54,535 bases of DNA from contig JAGDXU010000019.1 of NCBI GenBank assembly GCA_023269965.1, positions 1 to 54,535 on the forward strand, written 5' to 3'. Origin of the DNA: Candidatus Parvarchaeota archaeon (GTDB taxonomy: Archaea; Nanobdellota; Nanobdellia; Parvarchaeales; Parvarchaeaceae). The position numbers and the translations under genes are program-made. Under the pieces are notes generated by a model. The model had not been told where the DNA came from, did no database searches, and saw only the letters and a list, made by a program, of their open reading frames with translations. Within the stretch, counting starts at the first letter, position 1. Every line of letters starts with the position of its first letter. This document shows positions 18,398 to 27,418 of this stretch, piece by piece.

Positions 18398-18598
18398 ATG
18401 GGAGAAATAGGTAAAATAACAGAGCTTGTAAGCTCATCCAAAGTGAGCATTGAAGACGCAGTCAAAAAGGCTGCAAAGGAGTTCAGCAAAAAAGAGAAGG
18501 ATCTGCGCGGAATAAAGATAAAGAATGTGTCTGCAATTATAAAAAATGGAGAAGTTGCAGAATGGCGCGTAAACATTAAGCTCTCATCTGAATTATAA
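18398..18598 (+). CDS. dodecin (flavin-binding) family protein
   Basis: MGEIGKITELVSSSKVSIEDAVKKA...GEVAEWRVNIKLSSEL is 66 aa and collinear with archaeal dodecins. The track start at 18374 would add 8 residues. Confidence 0.7.
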   Translation: MGEIGKITELVSSSKVSIEDAVKKAAKEFSKKEKDLRGIKIKNVSAIIKNGEVAEWRVNIKLSSEL

Positions 18599-18723
18599 AG
18601 CTCTATCTGATACGTCAATCGAAAAGAGAAATGCGCAAGGAGGGAATAATTAAGCCCTAGAAAGACCGCTAACATGCGTTTACAAATTACAAAATTTAAA
18701 TATACGCAAATTATAACATTAGA

Positions 18724-19368
18724 ATGAATAACATTAAATTTAACAGAAATGAAAGAGCGACACAATCAATTCTAATATCAATGCTTATAATTGTCGCTGC
18801 TTTCTTGGTAGTAATAATCTTTATTATGACTCATGCGCATACCACAGCTATAATTTCGCCACAGAACATTAATTTAGTGCTATTGAATGTGCCTACAAAT
18901 GCAATTACATTGAACTTCTTGGACAATTCTATAACTGTAAATGGTAATGCAACGATAGAGGTACAAACGCAGGGGAACATAACATTTTTTGCGAATGGTA
19001 AAAGTATCCCAGTGGCCGGGTCCTATCACTATCTGATTTATGGCATGCAAGATCCGACAATATATATAAAACAAGGGTCATATGTAGAATTCGTCGAAGT
19101 TAACGTTAACAAGTACGGGTTTAATGACTTTGCAATTACAAATGATATAACACCGTACGCAAATAATATAAACCTCACAAAAACAAGCCCGCCGGAGTAT
19201 ATTTCCCCGGAATTGCCGCCCCCTGACTATTCAAATGCAAACGCACCAGTTTATCATTACAGCTACCTTATATTCAATGCAACCAATCCAGGAACTTACT
19301 ATTATTTCTCAACAGTCTATCCAGACTTATTTTATGGAATGGAAGGAATGATAATAGTTGGAAGCTGA
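18724..19368 (+). CDS. membrane-anchored sulfocyanin/cupredoxin-like protein apparently lacking the Cu ligands
   Basis: N-terminal TM. The C-terminal GTYYYFSTVYPDLFYGMEGMIIV aligns to the type-1 Cu motif G-x-Y-x-Y-x-C-x-x-P-G-H-x-x-x-G-M-x-G with Cys replaced by Ser and His absent. YGFNDFAI sits where H-N-x-x-I is expected. Confidence 0.5.
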   Translation: MNNIKFNRNERATQSILISMLIIVAAFLVVIIFIMTHAHTTAIISPQNINLVLLNVPTNAITLNFLDNSITVNGNATIEVQTQGNITFFANGKSIPVAGSYHYLIYGMQDPTIYIKQGSYVEFVEVNVNKYGFNDFAITNDITPYANNINLTKTSPPEYISPELPPPDYSNANAPVYHYSYLIFNATNPGTYYYFSTVYPDLFYGMEGMIIVGS

Positions 19369-19370
19369 CC

Positions 19371-19895
19371 ATGGAAACTGTATCTAATAGCAAAATAAGC
19401 AGAAGGATAGTAATTTTGACAATCATAGCTATAATGATAATACTTTCTTATTTGATTTTAAGCCAAACTCTAGCTGAAAATGGGATCTTCAAGCTTATCC
19501 TTTCAATCTACTCAACTAGTAGTATAAATTCAAACCTTATAACATTTGATTATGCGCAGTACCAATGGCTTTCTTTACTGGCAGCTGGTGGACTCATATT
19601 TGCTGTGTTTATTTTCCTCATAGAATTTGTTGATATAGTTGTTTTAGTGACCAACAGAAACACAAATGCCCCTATGGCGTCTATACTTATAGATAAAAAG
19701 AGGAATCTACTGTTCTTTATACTTATAGTTTCAGCCGTTTTTATAGTGATTTCAGCGTTTAGCTTTGTGGTCTATGAGTTTTACCCCTCTATACTCTCCC
19801 TTACAATTGCCTCTGAGATCATAAGTTTTATAGGTTATGTGCTGCTTGGCATAGTAGTTATAAAATGGTCTGCTGATATTTGGAGGTTCATATGA
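19371..19895 (+). CDS. membrane protein (first gene of recurrent module, copy 2)
   Basis: 174 aa. Carries NTNAPMASILIDKKR and the C terminus KWSADIWRFI. Starts 2 nt after the cupredoxin-like gene. Confidence 0.55.
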   Translation: METVSNSKISRRIVILTIIAIMIILSYLILSQTLAENGIFKLILSIYSTSSINSNLITFDYAQYQWLSLLAAGGLIFAVFIFLIEFVDIVVLVTNRNTNAPMASILIDKKRNLLFFILIVSAVFIVISAFSFVVYEFYPSILSLTIASEIISFIGYVLLGIVVIKWSADIWRFI

Positions 19896-20275
19896 TCGCC
19901 GGAATTTATAGTCAAGTCATAAACACGTCCTTCTTGAATCCTTTCTCTTACTTTGCGACCACTGTTCTTGCATTTTTACTGTCTATAGTACTGCTAGCGG
20001 TTATGATTATTTTTATCAGGGATTTCCAAAAAAGGCCTGATCTATTGGTGGCAAGGATAAGGTTATACAAGAATATATGGATAATGTTTTTATTCATAAT
20101 GCTTATTGATGTATTCTTGATTCTAGATGTCGTATACGTTCAATTCTTTAATCCACTAATGCTGATTTATACTTTCTGGTCATTGGGGTATATATCTTTA
20201 GGTTCGATAGTCGCATATATTCTTGCTATATGGTTTATGCTATATGTAATGGGGAGAAAACTCAAAACAAAGTAG
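19892..20275 (+). CDS. small membrane protein (second gene of recurrent module, copy 2)
   Basis: The ATG at 19892 overlaps the upstream TGA (ATGA) and follows a GGAGGT site. Contains the VARIRL loop motif. Confidence 0.55.
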   Translation: MIAGIYSQVINTSFLNPFSYFATTVLAFLLSIVLLAVMIIFIRDFQKRPDLLVARIRLYKNIWIMFLFIMLIDVFLILDVVYVQFFNPLMLIYTFWSLGYISLGSIVAYILAIWFMLYVMGRKLKTK

Positions 20276-21509
20276 ACACATCCTTTTCAAAAAGATGGCA
20301 CTTAACTTCAGCATTTCCAATCTTATGTTCCTTAACTTCTTTGTACCCGAATAAATCTATCAACAAAAGATCGCTGTTCTGTTTTATTTCTTTTATAGCA
20401 TAAAAGCTTCTTATCTTATTTTTGTATTGATTGATCATCTTTGTCAACTGCTCTTTATTTATCCCACGTAATACAATTTTATCTCTTTCAGTCTTTAATT
20501 TAAATTTAGGCAGATTCAAAGGCTCAATAGTTCTTTTCAAATCAATAGCAACTTCGTTTATGTCCCAACCGCATATCTCAAACGACACTGGGCACACTCT
20601 ATGATATACACAGCCTCTTACCTCCGAGTTGTACGGTCTTTCATAGTAAGGTATGTCATAATTTGCTTTTCTGGCAGCCACTGCCGTCAATTCTTTTGTA
20701 TAGGGGTGCTGCGGGTTGTTTATTATCTCTCTTGTAGGCCCTCTCTCTTCTACGTTTCCTTTAAACATGACTAATGTATCACCAGCTATGTAATTAGCCA
20801 AAGCGATGTTGTGTGTTGTTATCAGCATGCTAATCTTAGTCTTTGAATTTATCCGCTTTAATATGTCTAGTATAACTCGTTGATTTATAGGATCAAGATT
20901 ACTAGTAGGTTCATCCAAGAACAAAAAAACTGGGTTCGTGGCTATAGCCCTTGCAATACCAATCTTCTGTCTCTGGCCGTCTGATAGTTCATGTGGATAT
21001 CTATGCAATATCTCATCCTCTATTCCGACATCCTTCTTCAATTCGTTAATGCGGCTAAATATCTGCTCTTCACTGTACTTTAAGATAACCATAGGCTCTC
21101 GGATTATATCATAGACAGTCTGTCTTGGATCCATAGAAGACGCAATATCTTGAAATAAAACACCTATCTTCTTTCTAAAATTGAAGAGCTCAGGTTTTGT
21201 TTTATTAAAAACAGAGTATTTTCTCTCTATCTCTTTTAATTTGTCTACATCATTCTTCAATAATGCGATCTCATATCTATTCACAACCCAATCTGGTATA
21301 TCAAAAAAGACCTGGCCGCCGTCAGGCTTCAACAGTAGAGATAAAACCAAACCAAGAGTCGTTTTACCAGAACCATTCTCTCCAACGAGTGATACGATCT
21401 GGCCCTCTCTTATCTTTATGCTGATATTATTTATTGTCTGTATCTTGCTGCCGAATATAGCACCACCACTTTCATAGGTCTTTCTTAGGTTATAAGCTGC
21501 TATTCTCAT
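20262..21509 (-). CDS. peptide ABC transporter ATPase (OppF/DppF-like) with a Cys-containing C-terminal extension
   Basis: Walker A GENGSGKTT, signature LSDGQRQ, Walker B LFLDEPTS and the C-terminal RGCVYHRVCPVSFEICGW. Confidence 0.85.
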   Translation of the reverse strand: MRIAAYNLRKTYESGGAIFGSKIQTINNISIKIREGQIVSLVGENGSGKTTLGLVLSLLLKPDGGQVFFDIPDWVVNRYEIALLKNDVDKLKEIERKYSVFNKTKPELFNFRKKIGVLFQDIASSMDPRQTVYDIIREPMVILKYSEEQIFSRINELKKDVGIEDEILHRYPHELSDGQRQKIGIARAIATNPVFLFLDEPTSNLDPINQRVILDILKRINSKTKISMLITTHNIALANYIAGDTLVMFKGNVEERGPTREIINNPQHPYTKELTAVAARKANYDIPYYERPYNSEVRGCVYHRVCPVSFEICGWDINEVAIDLKRTIEPLNLPKFKLKTERDKIVLRGINKEQLTKMINQYKNKIRSFYAIKEIKQNSDLLLIDLFGYKEVKEHKIGNAEVKCHLFEKDVSTLF

Positions 21510-22639
21510 ATTTTTATCACACTCCGAACCAAATTTTTGGTATATTCATTGGATGGATTGTTTATTATATCAGAAGCATCACCTGCCTCAACTATGGCTC
21601 CATCTTCAATTACGACGATTCTATCGGCGAACCTGCTAAGCAAGGTAATATCATGCGCTATCAAGATCAAAGACAGATCAAAGTTCTTCTTTATTTTATT
21701 TAAGAGATTAAATAGTCTATACTGCGCTATCGGGTCTAAAGATGAAGCTGGTTCATCCATTATTATCACCCTGGGGTTGTTTATTATTGCTGAGGCTACC
21801 ATAACTGCCTGCAGCATACCTCCAGAAAGTTGATTTGGAAACATTCTTAGAATGGATGTATCTAAGCCCATAAGACCAAGTATCTCACCAGCTAATCTAT
21901 AACCTTCCTCATAAAGTAATCTCTTTAAAATTCGACTAAAACCTGGGATCTTCGATGCTAAACTCCTATTTGATATAATAAACCTCTGGAAACTATTGAG
22001 CCTTGTCCTACCTAAAGCCAAAATAAGATTCTTTTTATCTTCATCAGTTAAATCATCTCTCCTGATTATGCTTAATATCTGCTCTTTGACATATATGTTA
22101 AAATTTTCGTCTAAGAATTTATCCGCTCCATTATAGTCCTTCGCAGTTAATAGCTTCACATATTTTGACAAAATATCATTATTGAGTGCATCTCTTGATT
22201 CTATCCGCTTTATCAACCTGTCTTCGTCATGGAATAAAACTGACTCGAATATCTGATACCCAACATTCAAAAGAGGATCCAAATAGCTTGCCGCTTCTTG
22301 CGTTACCATGGTTATAAATCTGCCCCTTAATTTCTCTATGCCTTTATTTATCAGCGCATCATCGCTTTTTCTGTCATAGGGGCCACGTTTAACGCTTTTT
22401 ACCAGCATATCCATGCCATCAATGCTTATACTACCGCTTACTATCTTTGCGTTTTTAGGTAGAAGGCCCATCAGCGTCATTGCAAAGGTACTTTTTCCAG
22501 AGCCATTGACTCCTACAAGACCGACTGTCTCATTAGTGTTAAGAGAGAAATCAACCCCTCTCAATATCTCCCTGCGGTCAAAGCGGGATTCAAATACAAC
22601 TTTAAGGTTTTTCACCTTTACTAACTCTTTTTTCTCCAT
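21506..22639 (-). CDS. peptide ABC transporter ATPase (OppD/DppD-like) with a long insert
   Basis: Walker A GVNGSGKST, signature LSGGMLQ and Walker B IIMDEPAS. Confidence 0.85.
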   Translation of the reverse strand: MEKKELVKVKNLKVVFESRFDRREILRGVDFSLNTNETVGLVGVNGSGKSTFAMTLMGLLPKNAKIVSGSISIDGMDMLVKSVKRGPYDRKSDDALINKGIEKLRGRFITMVTQEAASYLDPLLNVGYQIFESVLFHDEDRLIKRIESRDALNNDILSKYVKLLTAKDYNGADKFLDENFNIYVKEQILSIIRRDDLTDEDKKNLILALGRTRLNSFQRFIISNRSLASKIPGFSRILKRLLYEEGYRLAGEILGLMGLDTSILRMFPNQLSGGMLQAVMVASAIINNPRVIIMDEPASSLDPIAQYRLFNLLNKIKKNFDLSLILIAHDITLLSRFADRIVVIEDGAIVEAGDASDIINNPSNEYTKNLVRSVIKI

Positions 22640-23532
22640 ATGCTAACTGTGTATGGATCTAGCAGGTCAATCATGCCGTCTCCAATAAGATTCAATGATA
22701 TAGCCAATAACACAATGAATAAAGATGGAATTAAAACCGCCCAGGGAGCTATCTGTATGTACTGAAGTCCAAAACTTGTCAAATATCCAAGCTCTGGAAC
22801 GCTACTATTTGGAGCTAAACCTATGAATGCAATCGTAGCAAATGCACCTATCACCAAACCAAATGTAAGTGCGAGCTGAGATATAGAAGCCGAGATCACG
22901 TTTGGGAATACGTGATAAATGAGGGTTCTTGCGTCACTACTTCCGATCGCCTTTGAAGACAAAATCATATTTGAATTTTTTATAATAAGAGTAGATGATC
23001 TTGCATACTTAGCATAAAGAGGGAAAAATGCAAGTACTAAGGACAAAGATATCACGGTAAAATTTCTTGATATAGCTGCGCTTAACGCGATTACAAGGAC
23101 TATATAAGGTATACTGAAGAATACGTCTGTAAGCCGCATAAGTATTTCATCAAAAATCCCCCCAAGATAAGCAGCTATCATACCAACAAAAGTCCCAAGC
23201 AAAGCCGCAAGTATAACCACTGGGATTGCGTATAAAACATCTATCCTTATGGCTTTAAGTACAGCAGTTAAAAGATTTATTCCAAGATAAGTTGTACCAA
23301 ATGGGTAGGCTATAGATGGTTGGATGACGCCGACATTGAAGTTATAATCGGAGGACAAAGTATTTGGATTATGTATACCAATCAACCATGGAGAAAATTG
23401 AAGTACAACCGTATCTGCCAAGAAAAATAAAATTATTATCAAACCAGCAAGATGCATCTTATTTGAGGTAAATATCCTAAAGTAAAGGGATAGATTACGT
23501 ATGAATTTCATCAAGTCGCTTTTTATTTTCAT
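22621..23532 (-). CDS. peptide ABC transporter permease (OppC/DppC-like)
   Basis: 303 aa, 6 TM, in an operon with OppB/D/F-like genes. Confidence 0.8.
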   Translation of the reverse strand: MKIKSDLMKFIRNLSLYFRIFTSNKMHLAGLIIILFFLADTVVLQFSPWLIGIHNPNTLSSDYNFNVGVIQPSIAYPFGTTYLGINLLTAVLKAIRIDVLYAIPVVILAALLGTFVGMIAAYLGGIFDEILMRLTDVFFSIPYIVLVIALSAAISRNFTVISLSLVLAFFPLYAKYARSSTLIIKNSNMILSSKAIGSSDARTLIYHVFPNVISASISQLALTFGLVIGAFATIAFIGLAPNSSVPELGYLTSFGLQYIQIAPWAVLIPSLFIVLLAISLNLIGDGMIDLLDPYTVSIWRKKS

Positions 23533-24500
23533 CAGAACCTCACCCTCGGATCAATCACCGCATAAAAGATATCTAACAATATAGTAGCTGATACAAATAT
23601 TATACCAAATATCAAAACCGAATCAAGAACTGCGATTAGCTGATTGTTTATAAGCGATTGAGTGAGAAAATAACCCATTCCTGGGTAATTGAAAATTGTC
23701 TCTATAACCACTTCACCGCTCAATAAACCAGAGATCGTATAAGCGAAGAATGTGGCTGGCTGAAATATTGCGTTTCTTCTGGCATGAACTTTTATTATTT
23801 GCTTATCGCTTAGCCCTTTTCCTTTAGCTGCACTTATGAAATTTTTATCCAAAACTGATATCATTGAATTCCTAAGCATTATGATTACACCAGCTATAAA
23901 AGCCAATGCTAAGGATATCGCCGGTAAAAGCAATGATAAGAAAGCATTCCAAGCTATGACAAAGTTGCCATGTATCAAGGCATCGATAAGTAGTACGTGC
24001 GTTGGGTAGGATATACCATCACTAAACCATGTTACACCTACCATTAATAGAGGATTTATTTCGCCACTGAATGGAAGGATTTTTAGGTAAACCCCGAATA
24101 TGATTATTAAAACGATCGCAAGTATGAAGATTGGAGCAGCGTAAAGATAGAAAGATGTGGCTTTTATTGTCAGATCAATAGCAGAGTCCTTATGCCTGGC
24201 TGAAAATACGCCCAAGAAAGTACCAATAAACCAGATAAGCACTGCAGCAAAAATCGAAAGCATAAGTGTATTCGGAAGGAACATAGTGATTGCATTGGAT
24301 ATACTCCCTTTATACACATTAGTGTTTACAAGTTGCGACTTTCCAGAGAATAAAGAGCTTAACCAAGAACCATATGCCAAAAGAAAGTTACTGTGAAGGC
24401 CGCCGATTATATAGTATAACAGAAAAACGAAAAGCGTGATGCCTATCAAAGTTGGAATAGCTATTATTAACCTTCTTATTATGTAGTGAGAGAGGCTCAT
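23532..24500 (-). CDS. peptide ABC transporter permease (OppB/DppB-like)
   Basis: 322 aa, 6 TM. The C terminus AVIDPRVRF is typical of OppB/DppB. Confidence 0.8.
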   Translation of the reverse strand: MSLSHYIIRRLIIAIPTLIGITLFVFLLYYIIGGLHSNFLLAYGSWLSSLFSGKSQLVNTNVYKGSISNAITMFLPNTLMLSIFAAVLIWFIGTFLGVFSARHKDSAIDLTIKATSFYLYAAPIFILAIVLIIIFGVYLKILPFSGEINPLLMVGVTWFSDGISYPTHVLLIDALIHGNFVIAWNAFLSLLLPAISLALAFIAGVIIMLRNSMISVLDKNFISAAKGKGLSDKQIIKVHARRNAIFQPATFFAYTISGLLSGEVVIETIFNYPGMGYFLTQSLINNQLIAVLDSVLIFGIIFVSATILLDIFYAVIDPRVRF

Positions 24501-24515
24501 AAAGGTATTTTTAAC

Positions 24516-27329
24516 TTATGCTTTGTTCCACCAGAAGTACAAACTGTCTCCCCCGCCCCCGATCATTGGATTCTCCTGATAAGATATCTGATTATCATAG
24601 GGAGTAATATATGATTTTATAACCCAGAAGTTATTAGGCTGGAGGGTATAGGTATACATATATAAGTTTATAGCTAACTGTTCAACTTCTTTATAATCCT
24701 GCGCAGCTAATGTGGGTGACACCGCTGAATTAGCTGCTAAGATCATGCTATTTAATTCATTGTATAGAGAAGCTTGATTTTTGTGATTTAAAGAATCAAA
24801 GTATTGAACTGACCAACCATCCGCAGCTGGATACGCTCCATTTTGAAGGTAAATTGAATTGACAAAATCAGAGGGGTAAGGGAAGTCAGCAGCCCACCCA
24901 AGCTGGTATATTGGAAATGGATTCTGACCGGGTACCATATAGCCTATAATAGTTGAGAAAGGCTCATATATTACGTCTATATTGATATTTGGATCTATTT
25001 GGTGAAGTGCCTGCGCCCACATTTGAGCCCCATAGAAATCAGTAGTATCTCCTGAGGAAACTACTATCGGGAAATTTACTGTTATATTGTATTCACCTGA
25101 GGACAAAAGAAGCTGCTTAGCATATGATAGGTTGAAGTAAGACACATTTGCTAATTCATCTGCAGGGGAATAGTAAGGTAAGCCATTGATTATAACATCT
25201 GGGTATGTGCTTCCGAAGTTAAATCCGTATTTACGATTACCAAGTATGCTGTTTATATATTCTGTGTAGTTAAAAGCATAATCGAATGCCTTTCTCACAT
25301 CCAAATTTACGAAATAATTTGATGGGATAGTGTACGATCCAAGTTGCTTTAGAGCAGTTTCACTGATGTTTAGATTGAATGCGAAGAAATAATTAGAAAG
25401 CGTTGGGAACTGATAGATCTCGGTCGTACCTTGCGCTTCCATCGTCTTCAATGCTGGGAAATAGCTTGGAGGCAATCCATTAACTATATCAGCTTGACCA
25501 GAAGCAAATAGATCGTAAGTCGTTTGAGGATCTTTTACCCAATCGATTACTATGGTATCATTTACAGCTGGTATCCCGGGTACTCCCTTGAAGTAAGGAT
25601 TCGGCGCCAAAACAACAGATTGACCAGGTATGTAAGTCTTAATTTCATATGGGCCCGAAGCCACGGGGTCATATTGGACCTGTAGATTGTAGTTCCCTTC
25701 GTTTGCATAGGATGAATACTGCAGGAAACCGGATGGAGTAAAAGTTATACCAGCTCCAACAGAATTAAGCCACTTCGCGTCTAATACGCCTGCACCAAGT
25801 GAGTCAGCAAGAGCTTGGTAAAACAATGTAGGCACAGTCGGCTTAACTAAGTGAAACGTTACTGTATTTGTCTGATTATTGTAAGTAACTGCATTCATTA
25901 TGCTGGCGAAGGATTGATTTACATTAGAAGGTGTTATTATTGATACGCCTTCAGTGACATTTGGAACCATATATTGGGCTAATATCCAGTCAGGAGTGGT
26001 CGGCTGTCCGCCCACAAATAAAAGGTTTCTTATCACAGAGTACCAAACATCATATGCGGTCAGCGGGTCCCCATTTGAGAAATATAGACCGTTTCGTATT
26101 TGGAAGGTATACTGAGTGTAATTATCAGCTATCTCACCATTTGAAACTGACGGAATCTGGCTAGCTATGTACGGGATAAATGATGTAGAACTTGAGCCAT
26201 TGTATTCCAACAGAGTACCAATTATATTTGCTATAACCTCAAAGCCAACCGTTTCATAATCTATCTGTGGGTCAAATGAATAAGCTCCACCTGGAACATT
26301 TTCTGCGACTGTTATAACACCTGGATTCGGAACTGTACCGCTGTACTTGAAAATAGATAAAACTGATGATGGAGAGTTTACGACTATATCCTGGGTGTAT
26401 GTAATGCTGTAAGTCTGGTTATTCACGGCGTTAGTTGTAACCACTGTGATCTTCAAAGGATAAACGCCTGTTGATGATAAAAATATTTTTATTGGATTAA
26501 CCGATGGCGCCAAAGTCGAAGGATTTGCATTAAATGACTCACTGGTCCCATTACTGAATGTGATTATGTACCTGGTTATTGTGAAATTAGAGTCTAGAGG
26601 CGGCTGTAGGAAACCCATATAAACATACGCATAACTACCTAAATTGAAAACTGGTGCGTTACTCGAATTGAAGGATAACACTGGCTCTGAGATATACTGA
26701 GATATTGAGCTATTTATTGCCGGCGTTACTTGTATTGGAAGTAGAAGTGAAGAGTATAAAAGTTTCCCGTCTCTGTACTCAGACACATAGCTTAAAAATT
26801 TACCCCCAGTCTGGTAGGCGTAACTTATCTGCACAGTATTGCTGTTCGCTGTTGTATTTATCACCTTCCCATCACCTGGATAAAATGAAATTGTATCGCC
26901 AGGCTGGGTATTGTAGACGGTGAACTTTGTATTTTGGCCCTGTGAAACTGTAAAGGAATTGACAGCTAAGCTGATCGGAGAAACCTGATGAACTGGCAAT
27001 ACAAAGTATGAATAAGCGTAATAAGCTGCTATTACGATTAAAATCGTGATAAGTGAGGCGTAAATATATTTACCGATAGGTCGGTTTTTCTTTGGTGGTA
27101 TCTGTGCAGCTGGTCTTGGGGACGGTTGCGGAGCAGGCTGCTGAACTGGTGGAGGTGGTACCTGTGCTTGAACTGTGGGCCGCGGCTGAAAATTTGGCTG
27201 CGGGATTAAAGGAGGGAAGTTAAAAGGTGAGGGATTTGAAGGCTGAGGGGACTGTTGAGGGTATGTTGGATTCTGTTTGGATTGAGCGGTATTATTGGTT
27301 TGCTGGTCTTTTTTGTTTATAAAGTCCAT
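24516..27329 (-). CDS. family-5 (peptide/nickel) substrate-binding protein with an N-terminal Pro/Gln-rich tail, TM anchor and extra beta domain
   Basis: 937 aa. Operon position upstream of the permeases. The first ~85 residues are P/Q-rich, followed by the TM IYASLITILIVIAAYYAYSYFVL. The SBP-like part begins around residue 330. Confidence 0.7.
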   Translation of the reverse strand: MDFINKKDQQTNNTAQSKQNPTYPQQSPQPSNPSPFNFPPLIPQPNFQPRPTVQAQVPPPPVQQPAPQPSPRPAAQIPPKKNRPIGKYIYASLITILIVIAAYYAYSYFVLPVHQVSPISLAVNSFTVSQGQNTKFTVYNTQPGDTISFYPGDGKVINTTANSNTVQISYAYQTGGKFLSYVSEYRDGKLLYSSLLLPIQVTPAINSSISQYISEPVLSFNSSNAPVFNLGSYAYVYMGFLQPPLDSNFTITRYIITFSNGTSESFNANPSTLAPSVNPIKIFLSSTGVYPLKITVVTTNAVNNQTYSITYTQDIVVNSPSSVLSIFKYSGTVPNPGVITVAENVPGGAYSFDPQIDYETVGFEVIANIIGTLLEYNGSSSTSFIPYIASQIPSVSNGEIADNYTQYTFQIRNGLYFSNGDPLTAYDVWYSVIRNLLFVGGQPTTPDWILAQYMVPNVTEGVSIITPSNVNQSFASIMNAVTYNNQTNTVTFHLVKPTVPTLFYQALADSLGAGVLDAKWLNSVGAGITFTPSGFLQYSSYANEGNYNLQVQYDPVASGPYEIKTYIPGQSVVLAPNPYFKGVPGIPAVNDTIVIDWVKDPQTTYDLFASGQADIVNGLPPSYFPALKTMEAQGTTEIYQFPTLSNYFFAFNLNISETALKQLGSYTIPSNYFVNLDVRKAFDYAFNYTEYINSILGNRKYGFNFGSTYPDVIINGLPYYSPADELANVSYFNLSYAKQLLLSSGEYNITVNFPIVVSSGDTTDFYGAQMWAQALHQIDPNINIDVIYEPFSTIIGYMVPGQNPFPIYQLGWAADFPYPSDFVNSIYLQNGAYPAADGWSVQYFDSLNHKNQASLYNELNSMILAANSAVSPTLAAQDYKEVEQLAINLYMYTYTLQPNNFWVIKSYITPYDNQISYQENPMIGGGGDSLYFWWNKA

Positions 27330-27418
27330 ATATTGCCTATAACTTATATTCTCATTAAGTCAAAGGCTATATTTAAATATTGTTTTGTAGATTCAGGAAA
27401 TAGAACGAACAGTGTATT

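Noticed and set aside
18246-18765. Minus-strand ORFs 18246-18437 and 18361-18765
   Set aside because: They are largely antisense to the well-supported dodecin gene. Only the 18300-18380 part has meaning, as an out-of-frame piece of the TnpB remnant.
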